Positions 1 to 10,102 of a DNA stretch of 20,863 nucleotides are shown piece by piece. The stretch comes from Azolla caroliniana (taxonomy: Eukaryota; Plantae; Polypodiophyta). Numbering within the stretch: the first letter of the stretch is position 1; the number at the start of each line of letters is the position of its first letter. Under the pieces are notes generated by a model. That model was not told the DNA's origin. It saw only the letters and a list, made by a program, of their open reading frames with translations, and did not search any database. The position numbers and the translations under genes are program-made. The stretch spans positions 1 to 20,863 of the forward strand of contig JBHGNT010000555.1 in assembly GCA_043228905.1 (NCBI GenBank). Reading direction: 5' to 3'.

Positions 1-194
1 CGTCTTGTATTTTCCGCGCGTTCGTCGGCAAGCGCCGTCGCGGCCCAATCAACTTCCTGCCGGAGCTCGGCCATCCGTTCCTTATGCTCCGTTTCCAGCT
101 GTTTGTAGTCCTGGTGCAGGTGCTCAAAATCATCTGTCTTTTGCTTGAGCCGTACGTTGATCTATCGACGGGCCCGGTCCTCACGGTCCTTCTA

Positions 195-2189
195 CTAGCG
201 GAGCTCCTCCTTTAGCCGTTCAATTTCCGTTTCCGCCGTCTTCCACAACTTGTCCTTTTCTTGCAACACTTTGTCTTTTTCCTCCCTTAGCCGGTCGTAA
301 GCTTGATGGCCTTTCCGGAGGCTCTCCTCTGCCCGGCGGAGGTTCTCAGCAGTCTTCTTTAATTCTGCTTCGGCCGCTGTCTTCAATTCCCATTCACAGC
401 TCCTTAGCGCTTCTTGTGCGGCAAGTTCATCTCTCAATTCCGCAAGCTCCTGGGCTTGCGCCGCATCTCTCTCTGGAACGGTTTCCGTTGCCGGGGTCTT
501 ATTAGTATGTACAGGTTGGTCTGTTTCTTTATTCTGTACACTTACTGGAGTCACCGGTGCTTGTATTTGTGTTGCCGTTAAGGCCATTTTGGCCATTTCT
601 GTCGTGACCTGATCCAAGTCTTTTTCAAGGCACTGGATTCTGAACCAAGCCGTCTCTGGTTGTTCGGTTGTGACGAGCAACTGTTCGCTTTGCGCTCTTT
701 CTTCCGTCTCCATATACCCCACTGCTCTAGCAATCTGTTCGCCTATCCACCGGAGCCACAGGCTACCGGTGCATTGTTGTTGCGCTTGCACGGAGGTTTG
801 ACGGATGGGCTCGCTTGTGGGTGGGTGGTCCCGCCTGATTGCGCCGAGTTGCAATTCCGTTTCTGCCCGTGGACCACCCTGCTGTCCTAGTTCCCCTTGC
901 GCTTCTTCTTGGTTGGCTGAGGGAGGCTGCATTGACCTTTCCGACTCTGGCGGTACGGGACTTGCCGGTGCTGCCGGTGGTGCAGGGGCTTCTAATTCTG
1001 GTGCCATGCGCACCGGTTCCAGTTCCTCCCTTGGCGTGGGAGTCTCAATATGGGGAGCCGATGTTCCCTCCGTCTGAGGGTCCGAACATTTCCCGGCTGC
1101 CTCAACGGTCCTTGCCGACGACCGTCGCTGGAGGTGCTCCATAGGCTCCTCCTCTATTTCCTCTTCCTGGGTCCCGGCATTGATTTTCGCCGCCAAGGGG
1201 TTTGCTTCTCTATTCACCGGTCGGCGGAGTGTAATCTTTACGGGCCGTACCGGTGGTTCCTCCTGCGCATCCGTTGGCCGCTTTCGGCTGGCGTGCTCCT
1301 TTCCCGCCTGTTCTGCGTCCGCCGCCTTCCCCTTAGTGGCCTTAGAGGCCAACAACTGTTGTCTTTTGGAAGTAGTCTTTGGGGTGCCGTTCGCCACTCT
1401 TCCCCACTTCTTGGGCTGGACGGGCTGGACGGGTGGCACAAGCAAGGTGAACCACTGCGTTACTGCGTGCCATATCTTCCGTCCGTCTCGACCTTCTTTG
1501 TCGTCTTTTCCTCTGACGATCTCGATCGCCGCACACAAACCGTCTGCGATCACTACCGGCCAATCCACCTTGATCCCTTCGTAGGTGGCGATGATCATCC
1601 TTGCCCGGTTCTGCGGCATGACAGGGGGTCTAGGGTACACATGGCCGTATTCGTGGAGCACACGGGCAATCTCGCGGAACAACATATCTCCGTCGCCATG
1701 TGTCCGGTAGCCCTTGCTGGCTAGGGAGTACTCACCAAAATACTTGATGAGTTGCTCCGAGGTCGGATTGTCGATCGTGAATATGGCTCCCTCTAGAAGG
1801 CCTGTTAACGCACGGATCGCCTCCTCCGTTATGACCTCTTTGTCGATTTCTTTGATCACCTTGTCGGCTTCTTTGTGTGGCGGTGCCTCCATAATCGTCA
1901 AGAAGCCCTCGAGCCCGTGTTGCCTTAGCCATTTCTTGGCGGCTTCCGACAACGTTTGCGGGTCCATGTCTGTGTCGAGGTCGGATTGTGGTGGTGAGGT
2001 TGGATGGTGATGAGAGAGAGAGTGAGAGAGAGAGAGTTCAGAAAGCGGGGGTTCTCTGTGCGTAGGTTCTCGTTTGATGATCTTCCAACGCCTTGGTGCT
2101 TCTGTGCTCCTGGGTTCGCGAAATGAGAAGGTCTCCATGCGCTGTGGTTTTTCTCTGTGCATTCTGGCGCCTTTTTCGAGCGTGTGCAC
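195..2189 (-). CDS. Retrotransposon-associated accessory ORF (664 aa; globular N-terminal region, low-complexity middle, C-terminal coiled coil); coding-like sequence continues with stops to position 1
   Basis: Long ORF with an E/K/A/L-rich heptad-like C-terminus (AQELAELRDELAAQE...LKEELR). No RT, INT or protease motifs. It lies just downstream of a putative LTR and PBS on the same strand. Confidence 0.6.
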   Translation of the reverse strand: MHTLEKGARMHREKPQRMETFSFREPRSTEAPRRWKIIKREPTHREPPLSELSLSHSLSHHHPTSPPQSDLDTDMDPQTLSEAAKKWLRQHGLEGFLTIMEAPPHKEADKVIKEIDKEVITEEAIRALTGLLEGAIFTIDNPTSEQLIKYFGEYSLASKGYRTHGDGDMLFREIARVLHEYGHVYPRPPVMPQNRARMIIATYEGIKVDWPVVIADGLCAAIEIVRGKDDKEGRDGRKIWHAVTQWFTLLVPPVQPVQPKKWGRVANGTPKTTSKRQQLLASKATKGKAADAEQAGKEHASRKRPTDAQEEPPVRPVKITLRRPVNREANPLAAKINAGTQEEEIEEEPMEHLQRRSSARTVEAAGKCSDPQTEGTSAPHIETPTPREELEPVRMAPELEAPAPPAAPASPVPPESERSMQPPSANQEEAQGELGQQGGPRAETELQLGAIRRDHPPTSEPIRQTSVQAQQQCTGSLWLRWIGEQIARAVGYMETEERAQSEQLLVTTEQPETAWFRIQCLEKDLDQVTTEMAKMALTATQIQAPVTPVSVQNKETDQPVHTNKTPATETVPERDAAQAQELAELRDELAAQEALRSCEWELKTAAEAELKKTAENLRRAEESLRKGHQAYDRLREEKDKVLQEKDKLWKTAETEIERLKEELR

Positions 2190-2417
2190 ATCGTGTACTA
2201 AAATAACATTATGTCCTGTGGCGGCGCTTAAATGCCCACTACGTACCTTTTCGCTCCTCGCTCTCTCGTTCGTTCATACCTCACTTTTGCATGATTACTT
2301 CGCTTTTTTTTTTTTTTTTAATGTAGTGTGAGGTTACTTGTCCGTTGGTCCTATCGGACCCTTACCGGCCTCATTACGGTTTCCATTCATGTCGTCGTTC
2401 ACTTCAAAAACAAGAAT

Positions 2418-2428
2418 CGTGGTTGCCA
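2418..2428 (-). promoter_or_regulatory. Putative primer-binding site of element A (tRNA-Arg-like)
   Basis: Minus strand reads ...TTAACACA GTTTT TGGCAACCACG: a TGG-starting motif after a CA end and short T spacer, resembling the Arg-type PBS TGGCGACCACG. The match is short and imperfect. Confidence 0.4.
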
Positions 2429-2433
2429 AAAAC

Positions 2434-2584
2434 TGTGTTAACTCTTAGGGCCGGACAATGGCCTAACACAGGGTGTCTACGGAAGACACTTCACCAAAGG
2501 GGTGTTACGGCAAGAGGATTAGGCTCAACGATTAATCCGACTTAATTAGGTTACTTAGCAAGATCTTCCTTAATAATCACACGT
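2434..2584 (-). repeat. 3' half of the split 5' LTR of element A
   Basis: Ends in ...AACACA next to the PBS-like motif and joins 9819-10038 when element B is removed. Confidence 0.5.
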
Positions 2585-3205
2585 TGTTGCGTTGTTATGC
2601 GCTTGCGCGTAGAAGGGGCGGGACCACGGTGGACTTGGACCGAGGAGCGAGAGAGAGAGAGAGGGAGAGAGAGAGCGGGAGAATCACAGACACACAGAAA
2701 CGAGAAGGGGGGTGATATAGAACGGAACACTTAATTACAAATAACAAGAGATTACAAACTCCGACGGTTACAACCGACAAAGCGGCGACGGGCCCGACAC
2801 GGGGACCCTACTCACGCACACCGACGACAGTCACCGACTCAAAGAAACAAAAGGGGAAGGGGAGCGACTTTGCTGGAAGCACATGGGCTGTCCACAAAGT
2901 AGAGGCAGCGACCTCCCAACACCCGCAGAGAGCGACGATTCGAGCCGAAGAGAGAGAGCTCCGCCTTCCGTTCTGCAACAACCTCCTTCTTCCTCCTCTC
3001 GCGCCATATCCTTTTCTCTTTCTTTTCTTGCCTTTATTCCCTGTCCCCCTCTGGGATACGCACAATCCCCCTCTAATAAATGTGTGTGGCTTAGTAGTCA
3101 CATCCACCGGTTCGTGTACAAAGTCAAGTCATGCGTCCATCCGTGTAAGGGCCGGTTTATGCGCTTTCTCTCCGATTCCGCCTATGGCCGGTTTTCTTCA
3201 CGACA
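2585..3205 (-). repeat. 3' LTR of element B
   Basis: + strand TGTTGCGTTG...TTCACGACA; about 96% identical to 9166-9814 outside the GA microsatellite. Confidence 0.95.
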
Positions 3206-3220
3206 TCCACCCCCACCAAA
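3206..3220 (-). promoter_or_regulatory. Polypurine tract of element B
   Basis: Minus strand TTTGGTGGGGGTGGA directly precedes the LTR TG. Confidence 0.75.
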
Positions 3221-3299
3221 CCGCGCATCCACCAGCATGCGCCAGAGACGGGTAGATACTGAACCCCCACCAAACCGGCCTCACTTGTTGCTCTTCGAT

Positions 3300-6200
3300 T
3301 CTCCGCCGGGCCCGAATTGATCGTCGTTGTCGCTCCGGCTCGTCTTCGAACCGCTTTTTGAACGCTTTGATACGCTTCCCGGCCACCGGCACCGCTAATC
3401 GTGTCCCATCAAGTTCCACGAGGTGGTATGTGTCGTTGTCGTTCGCGCTCGTCACCATGTAGGGCCCGAACCACCTCCTGGCATACTTTCACACCGCCTT
3501 GTGCTGATTGTCGAGGCTGTTGTCGTATACCAAGACCCAGTCGCCCTCCTCAATCTTCTTTGGTCGCAACCGGTGCATCCGGTTGTACCGGGTCTTGTTC
3601 CGCTCCCTCGCCGCTCGCAGCTTTTCTTTCGCCTGTATCACGTCCTCGGCCTCCGCTCGAGTTGCCGAATCCGCGCCGCCAGCAACTCCTCCCGGCTCAT
3701 TTCGTCCTTCCAATCTACCGTCGCCCACGAAGAAACCGTCCGTTCCACCACCATGATCGGCTTTTTTCCGTACATTAGCTCTGCCGGCATAAACCCTGTC
3801 ACCGAATTGTGTGTAGTCCGGTACGTCCATAGCGCGTAAGGAAGGAGTCGCTGCCAATTCTCGACCTACCCACCGCATGCACGCACCAACGCCTTCACAA
3901 TCGGTCCGTGCCCACGTTCCACCTTTCCGTTCGCCTCCGGATTGTATGCCGTGGTGAGGGAGAGTTTGACGCCTAGCCGGTCGAACAGCTCCTCGGACTC
4001 CCGTGCATCCAGCTCTCCCCGGTCCGCACGATCCTCCCGACGCACCCGTACCGACACACTACTTCTTCGATCAGGAATTGGAATACCGCCGCGGTTCTCT
4101 TGCTTTGCAATGCACGGCCTTCCACCTGGTTCGTTAAGTCTTCCCGTGCAAGCACCAGGTATCGCATCTGTCCTACCCCCATCGGCATCGTCACCAAGTC
4201 CACCATCCACTTGAAATGTACCGTAGGCGGGTAGGTCGGGTGTAGCTCGTCCCGGTGTCGGACTACGGAGTGCACCTGACAGCTTTCGCAAGTCGTTACG
4301 AATCGATGCACGTCCTGGTATAGCCCCGGCCACCAGTACTTCCCCTTCAGCTTCTCGAATGTGGCCCACGTTCCGCGGTGTCCGGCCCATGGGCTCTCGT
4401 GGAATGCCGCCAGTAGTTTCCCCTGTTCTTCTTTCTTTGCCACTACTCGGACTGGGATGCCGCTTCTCTTCTTTGGGTGTTTCCATATGCACCCGTCCCG
4501 CAGGAAGAATCGGTACGCCTTCCTCTGTATCCGGCTCGCCTCCTCTCTTGCCCATGCTGCGTCCGGCGTCATCGTCCGTAGGAACCTCCCGATTTGGAGC
4601 CACTCCCCGTCGTACCTGCTTTCGTCAAATTCGTTAAGTGCGGGAGTGTTCCCTTTCCTCGTCGTTACGTTAGCCGACCCGAAGAAGTCCTTGCCGACTT
4701 CTTCGTCCTTCGAAACCATGCCGTCTTCGTCGTTGAACCTTGCCCTCGAAAGCATGTTAGCCATGGCGTTGTCCTTTCCGGAGATGTGCCGTATCTCCGG
4801 GTTCAGGGACTTAATGTACGCTATCCACCGGAGCATTGCTAGGTCCGGCGTCGCGCATCCGGAAACCATGCCGAGTATCGGCAAGCAGTCTATCTCGATA
4901 ATCACCTCTGTCCCGATAATCACCCCTTGTTGGCCTTGACTGCCGAAACGACACCCCAAAGTTCGCGCTTAACTTGGGCGTACCCTCGTTGCCGCTCGCT
5001 CAATACCTTCGCCCCGAACCGGATCGGGAATCCCGGTTGGGCTGGTGTCCACTGTTACGCAGATGGGAACATCCTTGTCGTAAACCGCTTTACGGAGAGC
5101 CGGCGCTGCCGTAAGCGCCTCCTTTAGTCTCCGAACCGACTCCATGTGCTCTATCCTCCACTCAAAGCTACACCCCTTTTTCAATAGTCCGTAGAGGGGT
5201 TCCGCGACATGTGCGTAGTGCGGGATCCATATGTGGTAGAACACGCATGCCCCCAAGAATCTGCGGACCTCCGTGACCGACCCGCAAACGTTCCTCATCG
5301 CGGAGATGGCCTCTACCTTTGCCGGAGACGGTTTCCTACCGTAAGGCCCGCACAGGTGTCCGACCACCAAGATCTCCGACTATCCGAAGGCCGACTTTTC
5401 CCCGGAGAAGGTGAGCCTCGCGCGCTCTAGTCTCTGCAGCACCTTCTCGCAGTCATCGATGTGGGACGCCACGAAATTCCGACATCCGTCCGGCCCGATT
5501 GCCTCGTCCCTTTTCTCCATCGGGCATCCCTTGATCAGGATGTCGTCTAAGAACGACATGGTGATGTCCGGGATACAATCCCTGAGCACTTTGTTCATCG
5601 CGTTCACCATGTGAGCCACTGAGTTCGTCCCTCCCTGTGGCAGGGTACACATCCGCACTAGGCCGAGAGTAGTCCGCATCGTCGTAATGTCTCTGCTCTC
5701 CACGGCTAGTTGGAACTGATCGTACCCCGAGTACAGGTCACCGACGGAATAGATCGACCTTCCAGAGAAGGCCTCCGCGAACTCATCTATTGTCGGTCCG
5801 ATCCCTGCGTTACGGATGGTCACCTTGTTGACCGGTTGTAGGTCCTGGATGAAGCGCAGCGTGCCGTTCTTCGGCACTGTAAACCATCGATTCGAGTACG
5901 GGGCACTCGACGGTTCGAGGATGCCCATCTCCACCTTTTGCTTTAGGTGCTCCATCAACTTTGGGATGTGAGCTCTGGGCACCGGAATCGGCTTGAGATT
6001 CCACGGTACATGCGGTACCGTGAAGATCACCATCGGTTTGACAACTGTCGGGTCTACGCACCCGATCTCCTCCGGTGAGAATGCGAAAGCCATCCCGTGC
6101 CTTCCGAGCATTCTCCGAAACTGGTCCTCCTCCGCCGGCAGTAGGAAGCCGCCCCCACTGACCTTGAGCTCCCGTAGCGTTATGTCGGGGAACCGGTGCC

Positions 6201-6528
6201 CTATGCCAGCCGAATTCCGTAAACTTGGGTCCGACGCGACCCCCTTTATCCGCTCCTCACTGCCCTCCGGCAAGGGTGCCGTGACTGGCCTCACCTTCCG
6301 GTCCACAGTCTTGTATTTCGTATCCACGCGGGCCGTCCGATCCAACCCGATCCTTTCCCCGAAGTCCGCGATGACTTCGTACATTCCCATCGATCCTACC
6401 GGAACGGTCCGGTCTTCCACCAGAACCTCCACCAGAACCTCGTAGTTCTGGCAAGTGGCTTCTACGAAGCCCGTTTTCTCTTCCACCAGATCGTCCCAAC
6501 CGGTGACCTACTGGACCCGCTGTTCCGC
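3300..6528 (-). pseudogene. pol: Element B pol (RT, RNase H, integrase) with stops, frameshifts and small deletions
   Basis: RT: YSNRWFTVPK, DLYSGYDQ, LPQG, FLDDIL (5380-6486). RNase H: VDTSPTGI, RFGAK..ELWG, DCLP. INT: HESPWAGH..CESC, WMVDLV, DRGE, NGKVERGH (3866-4959). The 3' end coordinate is approximate. Confidence 0.92.
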
Positions 6529-6532
6529 GCGG

Positions 6533-7257
6533 TGTCGTGAAGATTTTCATCCACGAGCGGAAACCCGAGCAACGAGAGCCAAAGAGCGATGTGCAACGTT
6601 GCACACGTACATAATGTATTTGTAATAATAATAGGGGAAAAGGGTATGGTGCTAGAAATGCCCCATAAGATCCCTAAGGTATAAAGGCGATGTGGTCTTG
6701 TGCGCACATCCACGCGAGAGAGAGAGAGAGAGAGGTACTATGCGGTACATAGGTACCTAGTTGTTTGTGAGGAGGTGGGAGTTAAGGGGCCATCAATCTC
6801 ACCCTCCCCCAAATCAAGGCAAATATCCCCTTTGAATGAAAGGGGATATTTTAGTCTCGTTTTTGTAAACGGTCTTCCCTCCTTGTGCTATAAAAGGAGA
6901 GGGAAGGCACCATTGTGAGGGTTGCCTATTTTGAGTGTGCGAGGTATACCACATAGGTCGAGCGTTAGGGTTAGGGTTAGGGTTTCTTTATCTTGATCTT
7001 CATCTTCGTCGGTTAGGGTTTCGAGTAGTCGTTTGGTGCGACCTATGCGGCCACCATTTTGTAATCGTTCACTTCGTTTTAATATATCTTGTTGATCATC
7101 TTGTCTCCATCTTCCTCTTGTTCGATCTAATCTCTTGTTCATTCTTCTTCTTCTCAAGCAAAGCTTCCATTCCATGTCTGATTCCTTCTCCTCTACTCCT
7201 TAGTCCAAGACCCCCGTGGTCCCGCCCTTCTCCACGCATGCGCGTAGCAACGCGACA
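6533..7257 (+). mobile_element. Solo LTR of a family related to element B, inserted in opposite orientation
   Basis: TGTCGTGAAG...GCAACGCGACA; both ends match the reverse complement of the element B LTR ends; perfect 4-bp TSD GCGG (6529-6532, 7258-7261); TATAAAAGG near 6889. Confidence 0.9.
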
Positions 7258-7261
7258 GCGG

Positions 7262-8135
7262 TCTGCCTCTTCCTTCCTCAGCCGAATTCCGAAGAGGCCT
7301 TCTAGCACTAGCGGCCAGAATCCTGAGTCCTTCGCCTTCTAGGTCTCATCACCCCCGACCCGAATTCCCGTTGATACTGAGTAGTTAACGGCTTCGACGT
7401 GCCATGCCGCGGCCTCTTCCATCAACCTCTTCATTCCGCCGCACCCCGTATTCAGTTCCATGGCTCTCCGGGTCTCGCTTGCGTGCACCCGCCTGTTCCA
7501 GAGGTACACCACGTTGGTCCTCAGCGCGTCGGCGAAATCCGCGTAGTCCTTCCGAATGTGACCGATCGTGTCACACCACATGCACCGCTGCCCAGCCGGC
7601 GGCCTCCGGTCGCGAGGTTGTTCACCGCTGTCTCTTCGGGCCTGTGCGATCTGCAGGTCACGCACCATCTGTGTTAGCTCCTCCAGAGCCGCTCCTTCAG
7701 ATGGGCCTCTGACCACGTCGTTTGATGCCGACCCCGACTCCGGCCAGATTCGGGTCTCTTCCTTCCTCCCAGTCGGCACCGAAACCGGCTCCTCGAGCCT
7801 CCTCCCCGGGACCGGCCCCGACCCCGACGTGCTTACGTCGCTCCAATCGTGTCGTTTGTCAAAACGACTGCAGACCCGTTTTACCACGGCCCAGTCCGTC
7901 GTGAGCCCTTCGTCCGTTTCCAATAGGGGCCCCACCTTTTCCCTGTCGAGCGCATCCACCGACTTGACAAACAGCAATACTCGACTTGTTTTGAGCACCG
8001 TCCGGTCAAGCGTCGATAGTTGCGAAGTCCCGCCTTGACAGCCGGAGCGAGTCGTCACACCCGTACTTCTCGAGGAGCTGCAGATCGAGCTCCTCCCAAG
8101 TCTGGCATCCGGCCAACACCTCGAGCACCTCCGCA
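7262..8135 (-). pseudogene. gag: Element B gag, C-terminal part with degenerate zinc knuckle
   Basis: CMWCDTIGHIRKDY (Cx2Cx4Hx4C with last C changed to Y) in ORF 7339-8136; contains a frameshift and a stop. Confidence 0.8.
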
Positions 8136-8880
8136 TGTGACGGGAACCGAACGTTCCTTATGTCCGACACTCGGCCACAACCGAGATTCTTTACTTTCAC
8201 AGAAAAAAAACAGGAAACGAAAAAAACACGTGACACAAAAGGAGAGAAGAGGTACACACACTACACAGGAGGTTTACGTGAAAACCCCAAACTAGGGGAA
8301 AAACCACGGCAGCCCACAGGCTGCAAACTGTCACTATGTAGGAATATACAACAGTGCGTTCACTGAGGCACCGACCTCGTGCTCACAAGTCTTCGCCACA
8401 GGCGGCGGTTACAACAGAGGCAACGACCTCGTCTCTCTCTCTCCCTCTCTGTACAGTTACGCACTCTCTCCTTTTTCTTGCACCAACAAGAAAAATGACA
8501 ACAACTACAACAGTCATTAAAAGTTTGCCCTAAGTCATATTTATACTAATATGACTTTTCGGCTATTTACAAATGTAGCCTCGATGGGCTCTCAGAAACA
8601 TATTTACGAATATGTCTCTTCCCCCGGTTCGTACCGGGGCCTGCACCATCCGGTTCTCCGTAGCCGGGTACTCCTCATCCGGTTCATACCGGGCCTGCAC
8701 CATCCGGCTCTCCGTAGCCGGGTACTCCTCATCCGGTTCATACCGGGCCTGCACCATCCGGCTCTCCGTAGCCGGGTACTCCTCATCCGGCTCTCCATAG
8801 CCAGGTTCTCCTCATACCGTTTTGGCCGAGGCCGATACTGTTCTTCTTCCTTCCCATCCGGAGGGACCTGTCTCCCAACA
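8136..8880 (-). mobile_element. Solo LTR-like insertion in element B gag
   Basis: Minus strand TGTTGGGAG...CCGTCACA with TATAAATA near 8539-8546. Removing it restores gag ...VTPGIHA|EVLEV.... Flanked by a GCA(T) duplication. Confidence 0.8.
8624..8815. repeat. 54-bp tandem repeat, about 3.5 copies, inside the solo LTR
   Basis: Unit CCGGTTCATACCGGGCCTGCACCATCCGGCTCTCCGTAGCCGGGTACTCCTCAT at 8624, 8679 and 8733, plus a half unit at 8787. Confidence 0.95.
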
Positions 8881-9121
8881 GCATGGATGCCCGGCGTCAC
8901 CACCCGAGGGAATCCGGACAACCGCCTGTCCACCGGGATATCCCTCATGATCATTTCAGCCTGGTAAGCCTCCAAATAACTTGTGGCGTCTTTCCCTCCG
9001 AAACGGCCTATAGAGCCGACAATCAATTCAATGGCTCTGTCGAGGTACCCGTTCCCTCACGAGCGCTCACCAGTCGGTCGATGGCCACCGCCATTGCCTC
9101 TGCTAGCTCCGATCCCCTCAT
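8881..9121 (-). pseudogene. gag: Element B gag, N-terminal part (frameshifted)
   Basis: ATG at 9121 just after the PBS; IGRFGGKDATSYLEAY resembles a retrotransposon gag N-terminus. Confidence 0.7.
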
Positions 9122-9143
9122 CTTTCGACTCCTTCGCCGCCCT

Positions 9144-9161
9144 TTCACGTCGGGTTCACCA
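9144..9161 (-). promoter_or_regulatory. Primer-binding site complementary to tRNA-Trp
   Basis: + strand TTCACGTCGGGTTCACCA matches, from recall, the 3' 18 nt of plant cytosolic tRNA-Trp including CCA; it lies 4 nt from the LTR. Confidence 0.85.
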
Positions 9162-9165
9162 AATA

Positions 9166-9255
9166 TGTCGCGTTGTTATGCGCTTGCGCATAGAAGGGGC
9201 GGGACCACGGGGGTCTTGGACCGAGGAGCAAGAGAGAGAGAGAGGGGGAGAGAGA

Positions 9256-9286
<31 letters not shown>

Positions 9287-9814
9287 CGGGAGAATCACAG
9301 ACACACAGAAACGAGAAGGGGGGTGATATAGAACAGAACACTTAATTACAAATAACAAGAGATTACAAACTCTGACGGTTACAACCGACAAAGCGGCGAC
9401 GGGCCCGACACGGAGACCCTACTCACGCACACCAACGACAGTCACCGACTCAAAGAAACAAAACGGGAAGGGGAGCGACTCTGCTGGAAGCACACGGGCT
9501 GTCCACGAAGCAAAGGCAGCGACCTCCCGACACCCGCAGAGAGCGACGATTCGAGCCGAAGAGAGAGAGCTCCGCCTTCCGTTCTGCAACAACCTCCTTC
9601 TTCCTCCTCCCGCGCCATATCCTTCTCTTTCTTTTCTTGCCTTTATTCCCTGTCCCCCTCTAGGATATGCACAATCCCCCTCTAATAAATGCGTGTGGCT
9701 TAGTAGTCACATCCACCGGTTCGTGTACAAAGTCAAGTCACGCGTCCTTCCGTGTAAGGGCCGGTTTACGCGCTTTCTCTCCAATTCTGCCTATGGCCGG
9801 TTTTCTTCACGACA
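9166..9814 (-). repeat. 5' LTR of element B
   Basis: + strand TGTCGCGTTG...TTCACGACA; direct repeat of 2585-3205 with a longer GA tract. Confidence 0.95.
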
Positions 9815-9818
9815 ACGC

Positions 9819-10038
9819 GTAAGATATAACAATGAATGCAAAACGGCAATTAACATAGAGAGATAAAAACACTAAGCTTCATTAATTATCCGCTCCACAT
9901 TACATTGTATCCGGGCCTTTAAATAGGTTTCCAGTTTGTAGTACAAAACGGTGCCATCCGCACCTGTTCGGGATCGGTTCGGATCCGAAACGGCATACCA
10001 ATTCCGGTCCGTCCGTCCACACTAATAGCTCACTTACA
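9819..10038 (-). repeat. 5' half of the split LTR of element A
   Basis: Minus strand starts TGTAAG at 10038 and has a TATA-like CCTATTTAAAGG at 9916-9927. Confidence 0.5.
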
Positions 10039-10102
10039 ACCATTCCTTAATAATTAAATAACTCCTTCCGCCGTACACTCTAGACTCCTTTGTCGGTCGG
10101 TA

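Larger units (their letters stand above)
2585..9814 (-). mobile_element. Element B: degenerate Ty3/gypsy LTR retrotransposon (no chromodomain seen; possibly Phygy-like) with two nested solo LTRs
   Basis: Two direct LTRs (TG...CA), PBS, PPT, gag-RT-RNaseH-INT order on the minus strand, flanks ACGT (2581-2584) and ACGC (9815-9818). Confidence 0.93.

Noticed and set aside
2491-2510. Alternative LTR boundary (AAAGGGG then TGTTAC at 2503) implying a + strand element
   Set aside because: The purine run is short, and the minus-strand TATA plus PBS-like motif at 2418-2434 fit better. Not fully excluded.
6965-6982. Telomere or telomere-healing site
   Set aside because: Only three TTAGGG units, inside a TSD-bounded solo LTR.
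660-8366. Many + strand ORFs of 60-224 aa
   Set aside because: Antisense shadows of GC-rich retroelement coding sequence or LTR sequence, with no recognisable motifs.
8624-8815. CRISPR-like regular repeats
   Set aside because: Head-to-tail tandem units with no unique spacers, no cas genes and a eukaryotic LTR context.
9144-9161. tRNA-Trp gene
   Set aside because: Only the 3' 18 nt with encoded CCA are present, next to an LTR, so it is a PBS.
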